A DNA stretch of 64,000 nucleotides from Octopus bimaculoides (GCF_001194135.2 NC_068988.1:91328725-91392724), one strand, 5' to 3'; positions 37,451 through 50,620 are shown, numbered from the stretch's first letter. Numbers and translations: made by a program. The notes: generated from the letters alone by a model not told the origin.

Positions 37451-38284
37451 TAAAGTTTATATATCTGCGATACGCTGTTGACATTACAGTTTGCTTTATG
37501 ATGATAATGTCGGAAAAAGGTTTAACGTTTCTTTTATTGTTAGGGAGATGTATATTTATACGTTGTGTGTGTGTGTGTGTGTGTGTGCGTATGTGTGTGT
37601 GTGCGTATGTGTGTGTGTGTCTGCGTATGTGTGTGTGTGTGCGTGCGCGAGCGCGCGTGTGTGTGTGTGTGTGCGTGTGTTTAAGTTGAAAATACACTGG
37701 GAGTTTTTTAGATGGTTTATTTTTAAAGACAACCGGTTTTGGTGTGTTTATGTCACGTAACTTAACGGTTCGACATCAGTCACCGATGGAATGAAATAAC
37801 TTTCTTTCCTATATATATATATATANNNNNNNNNNNNNNNNNNNNNNNNNNNNNNNNNNNNNNNNNNNNNNNNNNNNNNNNNNNNNNNNNNNNNNNNNNN
37901 NNNNNNNNNNNNNNNNNNNNNNNNNNNNNNNNNNNNNNNNNNNNNNNNNNNNNNNNNNNNNNNNNNNNNNNNNNNNNNNNNNNNNNNNNNNNNNNNNNNN
38001 NNNNNNNNNNNNNNNNNNNNNNNNNNNNNNNNNNNNNNNNNNNNNNNNNNNNNNNNNNNNNNNNNNNNNNNNNNNNNNNNNNNNNNNNNNNNNNNNNNNN
38101 NNNNNNNNNNNNNNNNNNNNNNNNNNNNNNNNNNNNNNNNNNNNNNNNNNNNNNNNNNNNNNNNNNNNNNNNNNNNNNNNNNNNNNNNACACACACACAC
38201 ACACACATGCATGTATATATTGTATGTGATGCACCTATCTTATCATAAAATGATAAATTCATACTCTATTAAACATATTTCAGT

Positions 38285-38668
38285 GGAGGTGCAATGGCCC
38301 AGTGGTTAGGGCAGCGGACTCGTGGTCATAGGATCGCTGTTTCGATTCCCAGACCGGGCGTTGTGAGTGTTTATTGAGCGAAAACACCTAAAGCTCCACG
38401 AGGCTCCAGCAGGGGATGGTGGCGAACCCTGCTGTACTCTTTCAACTTTCTCTCACTCTCACTCTTCCTGTTTCTGTTGTACCTGTAATTCAAAGGGCCA
38501 GCCTTGTCCCACTGTGTCACGCTGAATATCCCTCCTGAGAACTACGTTAAGGGTACACGTGTCTGTGGAGTGCTCAGCCACTTGCATGCTAATTTCACGA
38601 GCAGGCTGTTCCGTTGATCGGATCAACTGGAACCCTCGACGTCGTAAGCGACGGAGTAACAACAACAA
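38285..38668 (+). mobile_element. Full-length young SINE family B
   Basis: Near-identical by eye to 17295-17676; (AAC)n tail. Confidence 0.93.
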
Positions 38669-39750
38669 GGTTGGTATATATGACTATCTATCTAGCTAGC
38701 TAGCTATCTGTTCGTGTGCGTGTGTATTTTAACCCAGATCTAGCCGAAACTTCAGCCACTCTTAGTGATGTCGAGAACTATGGAGAAAATTCAGAAGATG
38801 ATGAGTGATTAAAAAAAATATATATTACCATGTGACCTTATTAGTTTGAATAGTATTGTTCTGTTTTTACCATCACACAGCTTCGGCTTCCTCTAACGAG
38901 AAATTAATTTTCCGCTTCGCTGTTTCTAGTGTTGTAACGTGAGCTCAAGTCGGTTTCGAACCGGAAGGCAATCTTCTGTATTGAAGCAAGCAGTTTGATG
39001 TGTCGGTGACAAATACTCCTGCTGCTTTATTGAATGAAAAGTGTGTAAAAGTGACAAGATATACAAACAGTAAACGTGTTTGGTGTTTTTCTTACTGCTT
39101 CGTCTCTTAACTTCTTAATTCACAAGGGTATGAAAGGTTGCCAAAAAACCAATTTTTTGTCCACACAATAACGACCGTGGAAACATATGCAAACATCAAC
39201 ACGTTTCTATCCCGGAGTTTAAATTGAGAAATTATATACTTGTAAAGACAATATACTGAACTGTAACCAGACAAAAACAACGGGCAACACTAATAAAGGA
39301 TCTAGACGTTACAGAAACAATAAATATATACATGATACGGATGTTGGTGGGATGTCATATGACGTGAAAGGTGGATGTGAAGTTAATGCTTCGTCAGCCG
39401 TGTCTTGTAACTGGTGCCTTACCAGCTGAATGGAGACCTCCTACCGAGAAATGGCTCTCGAGTTCACAGGTATAAAACGCGAGTTGCAATCAGCCGGTGG
39501 AAGTTTGTGTGGGGGAGCACCGTCATTTAGATGTCATTACTCACGTGACATCTAATGGGTGGGGGACATGAAAGAAATAAGCCCCTACCACTAGCAACTG
39601 GATAACTGGACACGTGAATCATTACACTCTCTATAATTTGGCCAACGCTTCTATTTATTTATTCATTCATTCATTTATTAATGCTGGAAAGACTTTACCA
39701 TGGTTCTTCGTCATTTGAAATGCAAGAAAACGATATTCGTCGGTATATCA

Positions 39751-39789
<39 letters not shown>

Positions 39790-40118
39790 ATGTGTATGCA
39801 TAGCCGTGCACATATACGTGGGAGTGGTGTCTGTATAGTAATTAGCTATGCATGTATTATGCATGTATACGTTATGTATGAATTTATTTACACGCAAGTA
39901 TCTAACTATACGCATGTACTTGCGCAACATGTTTAATATCTAATATATCTACCAGTAAAATGGGTGAAAAAGAATGAGAAAAATAAGCAGCTCAGAAATG
40001 CCCACCACCGTCTACCTCACCTCACCAACACCTTCGTGAAAGAAGCGGATGGTAATAAGGGTGAATATAAGATATGTGACCTACTGTATTTATCACTATT
40101 GATGGGACTTTATATTGA

Positions 40119-40146
40119 TAGATAGATAGATAGATAGATAGATAAT

Positions 40147-40182
<36 letters not shown>

Positions 40183-40218
40183 CGGATAGATAGAGAGATA
40201 GAGAGAGAGAGAGATAAT

Positions 40219-40280
<62 letters not shown>

Positions 40281-40281
40281 C
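40119..40281. repeat. (GATA)n tetranucleotide array
   Basis: Read directly from the sequence. Confidence 0.95.
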
Positions 40282-41320
40282 ATTTCTTTTATTAGCCACA
40301 CAGGGCTCAACGAAGATGGGACAAATACAATGTNNNNNNNNNNNNNNNNNNNNNNNNNNNNNNNNNNNNNNNNNNNNNNNNNNNNNNNNNNNNNNNNNNN
40401 NNNNNNNNNNNNNNNNNNNNNNNNNNNNNNNNNNNNNNNNNNNNNNNNNNNNNNNNNNNNNNNNNNNNNNNNNNNNNNNNNNNNNNNNNNNNNNNNNNNN
40501 NNNNNNNNNNNNNNNNNNNNNNNNNNNNNNNNNNNNNNNNNNNNNNNNNNNNNNNNNNNNNNNNNNNNNNNNNNNNNNNNNNNNNNNNNNNNNNNNNNNN
40601 NNNNNNNNNNNNNNNNNNNNNNNNNNNNNNNNNNNNNNNNNNNNNNNNNNNNNNNNNNNNNNNNNNNNNNNNNNNNNNNNNNNNNNNNNNNNNNNNNNNN
40701 NNNNNNNNNNNNNNNNNNNNNNNNNNNNNNNNNNNNNNNNNNNNNNNNNNNNNNNNNNNNNNNNNNNNNNNNNNNNNNNNNNNNNNNNNNNNNNNNNNNN
40801 NNNNNNNNNNNNNNNNNNNNNNNNNNNNNNNNNNNNNNNNNNNNNNNNNNNNNNNNNNNNNNNNNNNNNNNNNNNNNNNNNNNNNNNNNNNNNNNNNNNN
40901 NNNNNNNNNNNNNNNNNNNNNNNNNNNNNNNNNNNNNNNNNNNNNNNNNNNNNNNNNNNNNNNNNNNNNNNNNNNNNNNNNNNNNNNNNNNNNNNNNNNN
41001 NNNNNNNNNNNNNNNNNNNNNNNNNNNNNNNNNNNNNNNNNNNNNNNNNNNNNNNNNNNNNNNNNNNNNNNNNNNNNNNNNNNNNNNNNNNNNNNNNNNN
41101 NNNNNNNNNNNNNNNNNNNNNNNNNNNNNNNNNNNNNNNNNNNNNNNNNNNNNNNNNNNNNNNNNNNNNNNNNNNNNNNNNNNNNNNNNNNNNNNNNNNN
41201 NNNNNNNNNNNNNNNNNNNNNNNNNNNNNNNNNNNNNNNNNNNNNNNNNNNNNNCACACCTCCAGTCACCAAAATGACGACCCATTCACCAATATTGACA
41301 CACTGACAAAGTCACGTGCT

Positions 41321-41392
<72 letters not shown>

Positions 41393-42389
41393 CCTCCTTC
41401 TCTCTCTCCCCTCTCTCTTTCTCTCTCACTCTCCCCCTCATATCAACATACTCTCTTCCACTTCAACGTGGCACGTGTTATTGCTACGATTATGGTTGCT
41501 GTTGCTGTAATCCCGGCCATTACTGCCGCTGATGCTGTTAACGCTGTTCTTAGGGCTGTTGATGTTGCTGCTGTTATTAATGATTTTGGTACTGTTGCGG
41601 CTGTCACTGTGGTTGTTGGTGTTGGTGTTGGTGTTGTTGTTGTTGTTATTATGACCGTGAGCCTGGCAAGTTTCGCTTGACCTCGTTCCGTGGATTTTAT
41701 AAGAAAAAGCACATAATAGTGTATCTGCACCCTTCAAATTTATACCATCGTGGACAACAGGTTAATTGCTGTCGAGTGGTGAGTTTATTTTCCTGTTTTG
41801 TAAGGTCAATTGATTTTGCTTTTAATCATAGTTGTTTGCGTTTTCGGATCTGTTCAGTTTCGATCACAGATTTTTATTATTATTTTTTTTTTAAACTAAA
41901 CAGTTTGAAACTTTCGTATGCTGATGTAATTTCTCACACTGAACACGGTTTACTATCGATATTTTTGACAAAATTTCGTATTTTAGAAGTTATTTCGTGT
42001 TAAAGTTGTCGTATTTGGGTAATTTTAACCAATCAACGACGTGTATTCAGCTGAAAAAAATGACTGCTGTTTGCGATGGTAATCGAAAAGGAACAACTTC
42101 CGGGCCATCTCTTCTAAATGTCACCACTCTGTTCTATTTTATGTCTGTTTACTGCCTGTGTTGCATATTACACGCTTTTTTTTTTCTTTGGTTCTCGCGT
42201 CGGAGTAACCAGTAAACATCGGAGAATTAACTAAAAAGGGAGAAATATTATTTACTTATATTTATTCGTTTACCTGACATGTTGCTAGAGATACAGTAGT
42301 AATTGTAGTGGCAGTGACAAATTCGTTCGCTGTCTAGTAGTTGATAGTGTAGAAGTAGTTACCTGCCAGTAGAGAGGGAAAGAGTAAGG

Positions 42390-42830
42390 ATTGCATGGTG
42401 TTGACTAGAAAGAGTCACAGAGGCTCAAATACAAAAAACTGTAGGTTCCGTCTGGAATCTAACAGAATGTATACAGAGAGGAAGGGCCTATAGAATAGTG
42501 GACGTTCAATTCTGCACCGAGGAAGAAGCCAAACATCACTCTCTGAATCCCCTAAAAAGCTAGGAGCAGTTAGTTGTTAGTTCCTTTCTACTGCGGCCAG
42601 AGACTGGCCAAAGTCATTCAACAGGTACGCCAGCAAAAGCCATTCCTTGGCTAATTGCTGCACTGACGATAGACATCGAGGAAAACTCGAAAATCCTCGA
42701 AGCCTACCAGACCAAAAAGGAGATCTGGTCTGGGATGACCATAGAACTCTTCATACAAACGACACAAAAGAATGTAGATCGCATCCTAGACCAGATACTT
42801 CTTCCTGGAGGAAGCATAATTCAGCGTAGA
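42390..42830 (+). mobile_element. Tx1-like ORF1 fragment (not shown in the ORF track)
   Basis: IQRGRAYRIVDVQFCTEEEAKHHSLNPLKS* / PFYCGQRLAKV / IPWLIAALTIDIEENSKILEAYQTKKEIWSGMTIELFIQTT aligns with 59605-60177 (INRGRKYGTVEVRF...HSVTPLKT...WLGDAILLGLEEKVVVLQATCTAHKNWQGQGFELLIQAT). Confidence 0.75.
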
Positions 42831-43410
42831 TGATGTATATTCGATATGGTTTCAGACAATGTAGTATAATATAGTGTATTAGATGTAGCACATTAGATGA
42901 AGCGCAATGTTATTTTTGTTACTTAACCCCAGGTTTAGTTCAAGCAGACCATGATCGAAGGCATTCAAACCATGTTCATCTATTTTGTTTTTACTTCGAT
43001 TTATATTACTCAACGTGCTCCTTTCTTTTTAAGTCACGGTAGAGTGATTCGAAAAGGAGTCGGTGTCCTCATTGACTTGTTGTTGTTGAGGTTGTTGCTT
43101 AGCCTCAAGACAGTCCTGATCAAGAATACCTATCATAAAAGGCATTCCGAGGCGGGGGGGTCTTACTACTGCAGACTTCGTCGGTAGTTTGCTGTAGTAC
43201 AATGTAATGCTGTTGTTGTTGTTGTTGTTGTTGTTAGAGGTGGTGGTGGTGGGTGCTGCTGTTGCTGCTGCTGCTGCTGCTGTGGTAGTGATGGTGGTGG
43301 TAGCGCTGTTGTTCTTATATTTTGTACTTTTCTTGTTCTTGTTATGTGAGCATTCCTATGTCACGCAGATAGTAGTTGTGTTGCCAGCGCCAAGCCAGCT
43401 CTGATCAAGC

Positions 43411-43541
43411 AGTCCTGTAGCAAGCATATAGTTATTGTGCTGTCCCAGGTGAGCACTACCGAGTAGTCCGATGGGAAGCAAATAGTTATTGTGCTGTCCT
43501 AGGTTAGCTCAGCCGAGAAGTCCTATAGCAAGCATGTAGTT
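43411..43541. repeat. Diverged 54-bp tandem repeat, about 2.4 copies
   Basis: Units start AGTCC at 43411, 43465 and 43519; the first two share ATAGTTATTGTGCTGTCC. Confidence 0.8.
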
Positions 43542-45649
43542 GATAGAATCACGAGTTCTGACATAGCTCTATTTTCCTAGTTGTAATATGAATGTGGCAC
43601 AACTAACCTTTTGGAGAATGTGGAGGACCATACTGCATAATTGAATATGCACTGATAAATTGCGTGGGATGCAGTGTGACAGGATGGACATATTAGACTC
43701 TAGAAGTGTATACACTTCTGTAGATTCACAAAGGGGTTTGGCTTCAGGATGAGATTACAGTGTATGGTGAGGAGAAACAGTTGTCTCAGCCATTAGGAAG
43801 GGCATATTCTCCCACTCATAAATTTACAGGTAGTGGAGGTAGTCAGAATGAACCTTGTCAGAACGTTAGATTTCCTACAACTCTGCACTTGTAGATGGTG
43901 GTGTGTACCCTCAGCACAACCCTTAGGACCAGTGAAGTTATTGATACTGCAGCTAATTCTGAACATTCCTTAAGCTAGTCTTGGCTGAGTAGGAACGATA
44001 ATGTTGAAGGGTGTTGATACAGAGCTCTGAGATGTTGTGTATGTAGATGGATGTTTGAAAAACGGTGAGGGTCGAAGCTTAATTCGTTGCCCTTCCTCCT
44101 CTGATTTATTCTTTTAAAATATATAGGTGAGGCTACACATTGAGTAATATTTACTGCATTTTGGAGTTTGAGAAAAAAACATCTTTCTTAATTGTACACA
44201 ATCTTACAAAACTATATCATCTAAGCAAATGACCTCTATATATATTAAAAACACTATAGCATATTCAGAAAACTATTTCAGAAAATTATTTCCGCTTTTT
44301 TTTTTTTCTTTTTTGAGAACAAAAGACAAAGTTAGATGGGTAAAATGAGTAAGACAAAGTAAGGTAAATTTGCCTCTTCATTTCTCTAGAATTACATTTG
44401 AAAAAAAGACTCATACACATGAATACCCATCCTTGGACATCAGAAGGATCAGAAATGCAACAAAAATTTTAAATATCTAGGTCAAATGAAAGAGGATCTT
44501 GGAAAAATGGCACATGATATGAAACTGACGAAACTTGACTAAATCTAAAAGCTCAACATAAGATATTCTCTATAGCTTCTTCACAATCTGCTGGTGTAGC
44601 TCACTTACTGACATATTTACGCACCATGCTGTTAAAGAGAAATTATTAACATCAGTCGTTACTCATTTTACCTCACTTTAGACGCTGTTTTTTTCTTTTT
44701 TGAAAATTGAAAATTATCAAATTAGACATTACTATGGGGAAAATTGACTTGGAATCCAACAGAGAAAAGAACTTTGACTGTTAGACGCCAAACATTATCC
44801 AGATATTTCCTTATCAACCTCAATTACAATCGGGTCAAAGTCGAGAAAATATTTCTTGAAAAAAAATGTACCTGTCAGCTGACTGTGGTTCAAATTCTCT
44901 CAATCTCAACAACAACTATACAGACCAATTTTTACTCCCAAAGATGGTGCACCAGTACAAAATGATGATGCAATACTTGCAATGTAATTGTTCCAAACAG
45001 ACAACAACAAAAAAACAAGAAATCAGAAAATACCTATTTTGTCTCATCCATTATTAAAATGTCAACAAAATGTTTCTCAACTATTCTCTTTTTCTTTCAT
45101 TTTTATTTATTTACTGTCTCTAATAAAAAAAATATATTTTCGCTCATTTTGTTTTTTTAATACTTATCATCTGTTATTATATCAAGTTCATCTCACGCTT
45201 ATATTAATCTATACCTATATTAAATCTATACCTATGTTAACTGAGATGATAAAATTCTGCAAAGCGGTCTTAGAATTTTAATAGTGAATAGTTGCACAAA
45301 AGATCGCAAACGGAAGAAAATAAATAGTTTCATACCTATATCTTATTCTTATCTTATCGAAAACGAGATCTTTCTGTTCACTTACGACACATTGTTGGCG
45401 ATAACGTCTCATTAACTCTCCCTAAAAGAAAACATGAGGGAAACGTTACAAATGTGTGGAGTCGATTTCCTCAACTGATCAGTTAACATAGCTTATCATA
45501 AAGAGTGAAGAACCGGAACAAATATCGCAACCTATTCTATTCGATGTTCCCACGATTTGAGCAATTCAGCATTAATAAATAGATCATAATGAATAACAAT
45601 AACAATACAGAACAGCAGATTAACAGCAAGAAAGGATCTCCAAAGTAAG

Positions 45650-46990
45650 GACAACACGTAGATTAATTCGGGATACTCTACACACACTTCGGATTAATCT
45701 GCTCATCAAAGGTAAACGTTCAGTCCTAATTCTTGCCGCAAGGCTATGGGCCATTTCATCACGTCACTTTCTCCCCTTTCTCGTACACCTATTAAAATTT
45801 ACTGAAATCTCCATCTTCACCTTTTTTTTCAGATGGTTCTTTGAAGAATTTGATGAAGATTTGGTCTGAGAGTAGAATACTTGGTTTAAATTTCATAACT
45901 TTTTTCGCTATAACCAAGTAGACAGTATACATCTTCCATTGCGGAAATTCCTTCGCAATAGCTTTCAGACAGGAAAATTTCCTGCTCGTCCTTACGAAAG
46001 GAAGTCGATAGATTGTTATACGCGTTAAATTCATTTGATAGCCTGATCCAACTCGCACATAACAGCAGTTTGACATACACCTACAAATCAGTAATACATG
46101 GACACTGACTGAAAAGAGAGTGCCAAACGGCTACGGTAATTTCCATGCATCTCGAACAGTTTCGATTGCTCTCGGGTTCTGTACAGTTCATCCAGTGACC
46201 AAGCATTGTTCTCTTGTAACCCTATTTCTTAAAACATTTTTAGAAATTGTCCATAATCATAATTCTTTACAAGAAAGTCCTCCGGGTGAAACTATTCAGA
46301 CTGTTCCCGTCAATGTCCAGGATTGCTCCCAGTTATCATTGCCTATATCCATAAGTAATCCTTTTATAGAATACAATATTTGTGGTTCCACCGACAATAT
46401 TGTTTAGCTGGAAAAGCGCAGTGAGAATCTAGCAACATTCCATATGCAATACGCCCAATCAGTCTATTCTTGACCCAGAACAGCAGCTCGGTCAACAAGA
46501 CAAGCCGTAAGAAGACGTGCCGCTCGAAGAACGACCACATCGTTTCTCTGTTCTCGTTGTCGAGGAATCCCTATAGATGTGTCAACTATAGCAAGTATTT
46601 GTATTTCATCATCATCCCTGTCATACCGGAACACTTCGTAGGGGATGTTGATAACAGTTAGGCGTTTGACAAGCGGAACCTGTCCCTTTTCACAAGAAGC
46701 AAAAGAGGATATCCCCCAGTTTGGTTAGACACTACTTGGGACAAGGTGCAACCGTCAGACAATAGTACAACACCGAAGTAATGCAGGCTTCAGCCAGTTA
46801 TGCTTGATGTTTCAAGAACAGACTTTTTTTTACCCCACTTCTGAGTAAGATTGGCCAGGATGCTCATGATTTCTTTCAAGTTGTTCTTCTGGAGGTTTGG
46901 TCTTAAGTAGACCCCGAGCACATAATGGTACCTTCCGAACAAAAACAGAAGCCGTTACCTCGCATGGACTAGTTTCTCCGAGTAGAAAGT
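45650..46990 (-). mobile_element. Tx1-like ORF2 3' fragment
   Basis: PSSVLTKLGDILFCFL*KGQVPLVKR and CSRCME...HSLFSQCPCITDL...IRLS; DNA similarity to 9880-10010 (GATAGCCTGATCC...CATGGACACTG). Confidence 0.8.
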
Positions 46991-47178
46991 CACAAACCCT
47001 TCTACTTTGTTTCTAGTTAATGCTTAGACCAGTTATTTCCTTGTTCTCTAGAAAGGTCCACGTATGCAGAAAAAGAAACATTGAAATAATGAACAAATGC
47101 TTAATAACACTACTATTGTTGGTTCTATTTTAATAAGGGTATCCAGACGACGTCGTTTGGGTGTGAAGTGTACGGCAT

Positions 47179-47442
47179 ATTCTTGTCTTTTCAGTCTACC
47201 GTAAATGATTGGTAATGAATGAGGTGTATACTCAGAATTGGTCCTTTCACACTGACCATTCTTGTCTTTTCAGTCTACCGTAAATGATTGGTAATGAATG
47301 AGGTGNNNNNNNNNNTGAATGAGGTGTATACTCAGAATTGGTCCTTTCACACTGACCATTCTTGTCTTTTCAGTCTACCGTAAATGATTGGTAATGAATG
47401 AGGTGTATACTCAGAATTGGTCCTTTCACACTGACCATTCTT
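47179..47442. repeat. 79-bp near-perfect tandem repeat straddling a 10-N gap
   Basis: Unit ATTCTTGTCTTTTCAGTCTACCGTAAATGATTGGTAATGAATGAGGTGTATACTCAGAATTGGTCCTTTCACACTGACC; a period of 79 is seen on both sides of the gap. Confidence 0.9.
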
Positions 47443-47710
47443 CCAACATTCACCCATCTTTCAACAAGCTTGTTACAAAGCAACACTTCCCTCTCCACTC
47501 TCACTTTCCTCTTCAAGTGAAACTTCAAGAAGTGGCTGTTGACAACAGGTGGAGCGCCTGACCAGTGGAACGCGCCCCTTCCACAGAAATCGGAGGAGTA
47601 AGCGCACCAGCTTGGTCAACCAGCAAACGGGGCAAGGAACGATGGTCAAGCAGTGATAGCATACGAATGCGATGTACGCATCCGCCACCTTGGCTCAACC
47701 TTTCAGAAAA
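47443..47710 (-). mobile_element. Short, internally deleted Tx1-like ORF2 fragment
   Basis: ADAYIAFVCYHCLTIVPCP...RFLWKGRVPLVRRSTCCQQP joined to sequence matching the 3' end of the element at 9660-9770. Confidence 0.82.
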
Positions 47711-47975
47711 CAAGCAAAAAATACAAATTTAATTGCAACGCAAAATATTTAATTGCAGAATACTAATTTCATTGCAGCACAACATATTAATAACATGCAC
47801 GAGTAGCGAGAAAATAATCATTTTAACACAACCGAATAGAAACAACAGTTAAAGCAACAAAATAACAGTGTTTATGCATCTACCGTTCAGGGAATAAACA
47901 CGAATAACAATGAACTGGTTTTTGTTAATGTTTTGCCCAATAGGACAGTCTCACTGTATATCGATCGATTCTAGT

Positions 47976-48180
47976 AAGGCGGCGAGCTGGCAGAATCGCT
48001 AGCATACCGAACAAAATGCTTAGCGGCATTTCGTCCGTCTGCACGTTCTGAATTCAAATGCCACTGAGGTCGACTTTGTTTTTCATTTTTTTGGAGGTCC
48101 ATAAAAATAAGTATCAGGCGAGCACTGGGATCGATGTAATCGTCTAGCCCCCTTACCCCAAAACTTCAGGCCGTGTACCT
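47976..48180 (+). mobile_element. Full-length SINE family C
   Basis: AAGGCGGCGAGCTGGCAGAATCG...GAATTCAAATGCC...AGGTCGACTTTG...CCCAAAACTTCAGGCC. Confidence 0.9.
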
Positions 48181-49175
48181 CATTAATTGCCATCGTCAAC
48201 TATCAAACGCATCGTTTTGCTACATTGGATTAATGTGAACACATATATTTACTTTCCTTGACATTTATTAAACCAATTTGACCAAACTTAGCCCTCGCTT
48301 TAAAATGAAATGAATAATTCAGGCGAATTGTTCAAAGATTCAATCTAGATCTAAGTGTTAATTCTAGCCTACACCTCACTTTCAGCAATCAATTAAGATT
48401 CTTTACATAAAATATAATATTTAAAATACAATATTTACGACAAAAACAACAGAACGGCGGCGTGGTATGATACAGTAGGTGGACCGTGCGCAGTAGGTTG
48501 TTTAAACACATGTCTGCGGTAAATTATTACACTTAAGTCCATCCATAGAACTCAAACCGTGTACCATAGCAATATACCAGTAAATTGTATGATAAATGTC
48601 TCCTGAACGCTGCTTCGTAGATAAGACTGTGACCTGTGACCAGTGACCCATGCCCGTCACAATAATGGATCGCGACAGGATTTGTATTTAGTAAGACTAA
48701 TGAGGGGATTGACGCACGGTTGCTGTCAACATTCAGATGATTTGTCGTATAGTTGGCTGATTGTCTCGCTGACTGGCTCGTTCGTTGGTTGGTTGGTCGG
48801 CCAGCGCTAGTTACTCGTTTTCTTCTCTTCCGGCGGGGGGAAAAAACACATTGATATGATGATTTGTTTAGTGAGGTCTTTAGTAAAGGGTACATTGGTA
48901 AGGCCAAGTAGGGCGGACGTTTTTTAGGGTCAGAGTAAATAACTACCGTTAAAAATGCCTGTGTAATATGATTTCATTCAAGATGAAAAACAAAAATAAA
49001 AAATAAAATGTGAAAGAGGAAGAGAGGAGCGATGATATGGAAGCCATTTTGTAAGCAACTCATAAGTCTTGACTAAAATGACAGTCGACAGATCGGACAA
49101 TGTTCAATGAATTCTTTTTATTATTATTTTTAAATATCTGCCCGTAAATATTTATGTGCGAGAAGTTACACACGC

Positions 49176-49232
<57 letters not shown>

Positions 49233-49579
49233 GTTAATGCATACATACATACATACATACATAACAGAAACATATATGCTATTGTAGACATACACCCCAA
49301 AACGCATATGCAACATACACAAACCCAAGTAGGCGAGCTAACTCAAATGTATGAGAGCATAGAATGATGGTTTAAACATTTACACACGCGCACGCGCATG
49401 CACACACACACACACACACACGCATATACACACGCACATACACACGCACATGCACACATATACACGCGCACAAACGCATACGCGTGCACACTTTCACACA
49501 CACGCACAGACGCGCGCATAAAATAAAATAAATCAGCAAACAGAAAATGCATTACATACATTTCTTACTATTATTACCT

Positions 49580-50620
49580 GGTGGTAGTCCTCAAGGCAGC
49601 TGGTTTTAAGCCTGTATTCAGAGGCGAGATAGCTACAATGCACAGTGACATCTGTTCAGTGGTCAGAGTTAACGGTCACTTCTCAGAGCCGTTCAGCATC
49701 ATGCACTCGGTCCGGCAAGGTTGTCGCCTCTCGTCTCTCTTGTACATACTGACTCTCGAGGCACTACTACACAAAATGAAGGCGTTGAGAGGAAATCTCG
49801 CGTGACCTAGCATGTGGGAGATGCGTGTCGGCATATGCCGACGACGTCACTGTAGTGGTGTCGGATCATAAACACGTAGAAATGATCGGCACCGCTCTCA
49901 AAGACTACAAGGCGGTTTCAGGAGCGACAATTAACCAACAAAAATCAGTGGGCTTGCGGCTCGGCACCTGAAGAAGCAAGTCCATGCCGTCCAACTGCGT
50001 CGTTAGGCGCTGGACGGACGGACCAGTTAAATTGCTCGGGGTCTGGTTCGGTCCGGACCTCCCGATGAACAAAACTGGGACGAGGTAACAAGCAGGGTAC
50101 CTACTCTCACCTAGAAATGGGCCGACAGAAAGCTATCTCCGAAAGGTCGGGTGAAGGTGGCTAATGCGTATATCGCATCTGTCATCTACTATCGCTTGAC
50201 CGTCGTGCCTTGTCCTAGTCACTGTTTGATTACGCTGGAGTGTATACTCTTCCGCTTCTTGTGGAAGGGACGCGTTCCGATGGTCAGGCGGTCCATCTGC
50301 TGTCAGCACTCGCTGCGTGGTGGCCTGGGTGTGCTGTGGTTTATCGTGTGCAGACATGCAATGAGGCTACGACATCTCCAAGGCTTACTTGACGATGAAC
50401 AGGTGTATCGCCGTTCGCCAGACACGTATTTCTACAGTTAGTTTCTTTAACAGAGCTGCAGTCCTGCGGGGAGCATTTGGAAAGTGGTATGTCTTTAAGC
50501 GCTCACATCCCTCAGCCAATCGGACAGTGCGATAGGTGGAATATCCACTTTAGCTTTTTATAGAAGACTAGTGGAGGACAAGTTCGACGATGTTCTTGGG
50601 GAAATCTTCGGTGTCCAGCC
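49580..50620 (+). mobile_element. Tx1-like reverse transcriptase fragment (RT core to thumb)
   Basis: LKAAGF...VRQGCRLSSLLYILTLE; SAYADDV (YADD at 49834-49845); GATINQQKS; KLLGVWFG; RFLWKG. Stops and frameshifts present. Confidence 0.92.

Noticed and set aside
38927-39292. hAT-like MITE bounded by TAGTGTTG...CAACACTA
   Set aside because: Only 8 bp of terminal match, and the 8-bp flanks differ (GCTGTTTC vs ATAAAGGA), so there is no TSD.
40096-41680. ORFs of 315-454 aa
   Set aside because: Almost entirely X residues from the roughly 920-N gap.
47179-47442. CRISPR-like array
   Set aside because: Contiguous identical units with no unique spacers, no cas genes, and a eukaryotic context.
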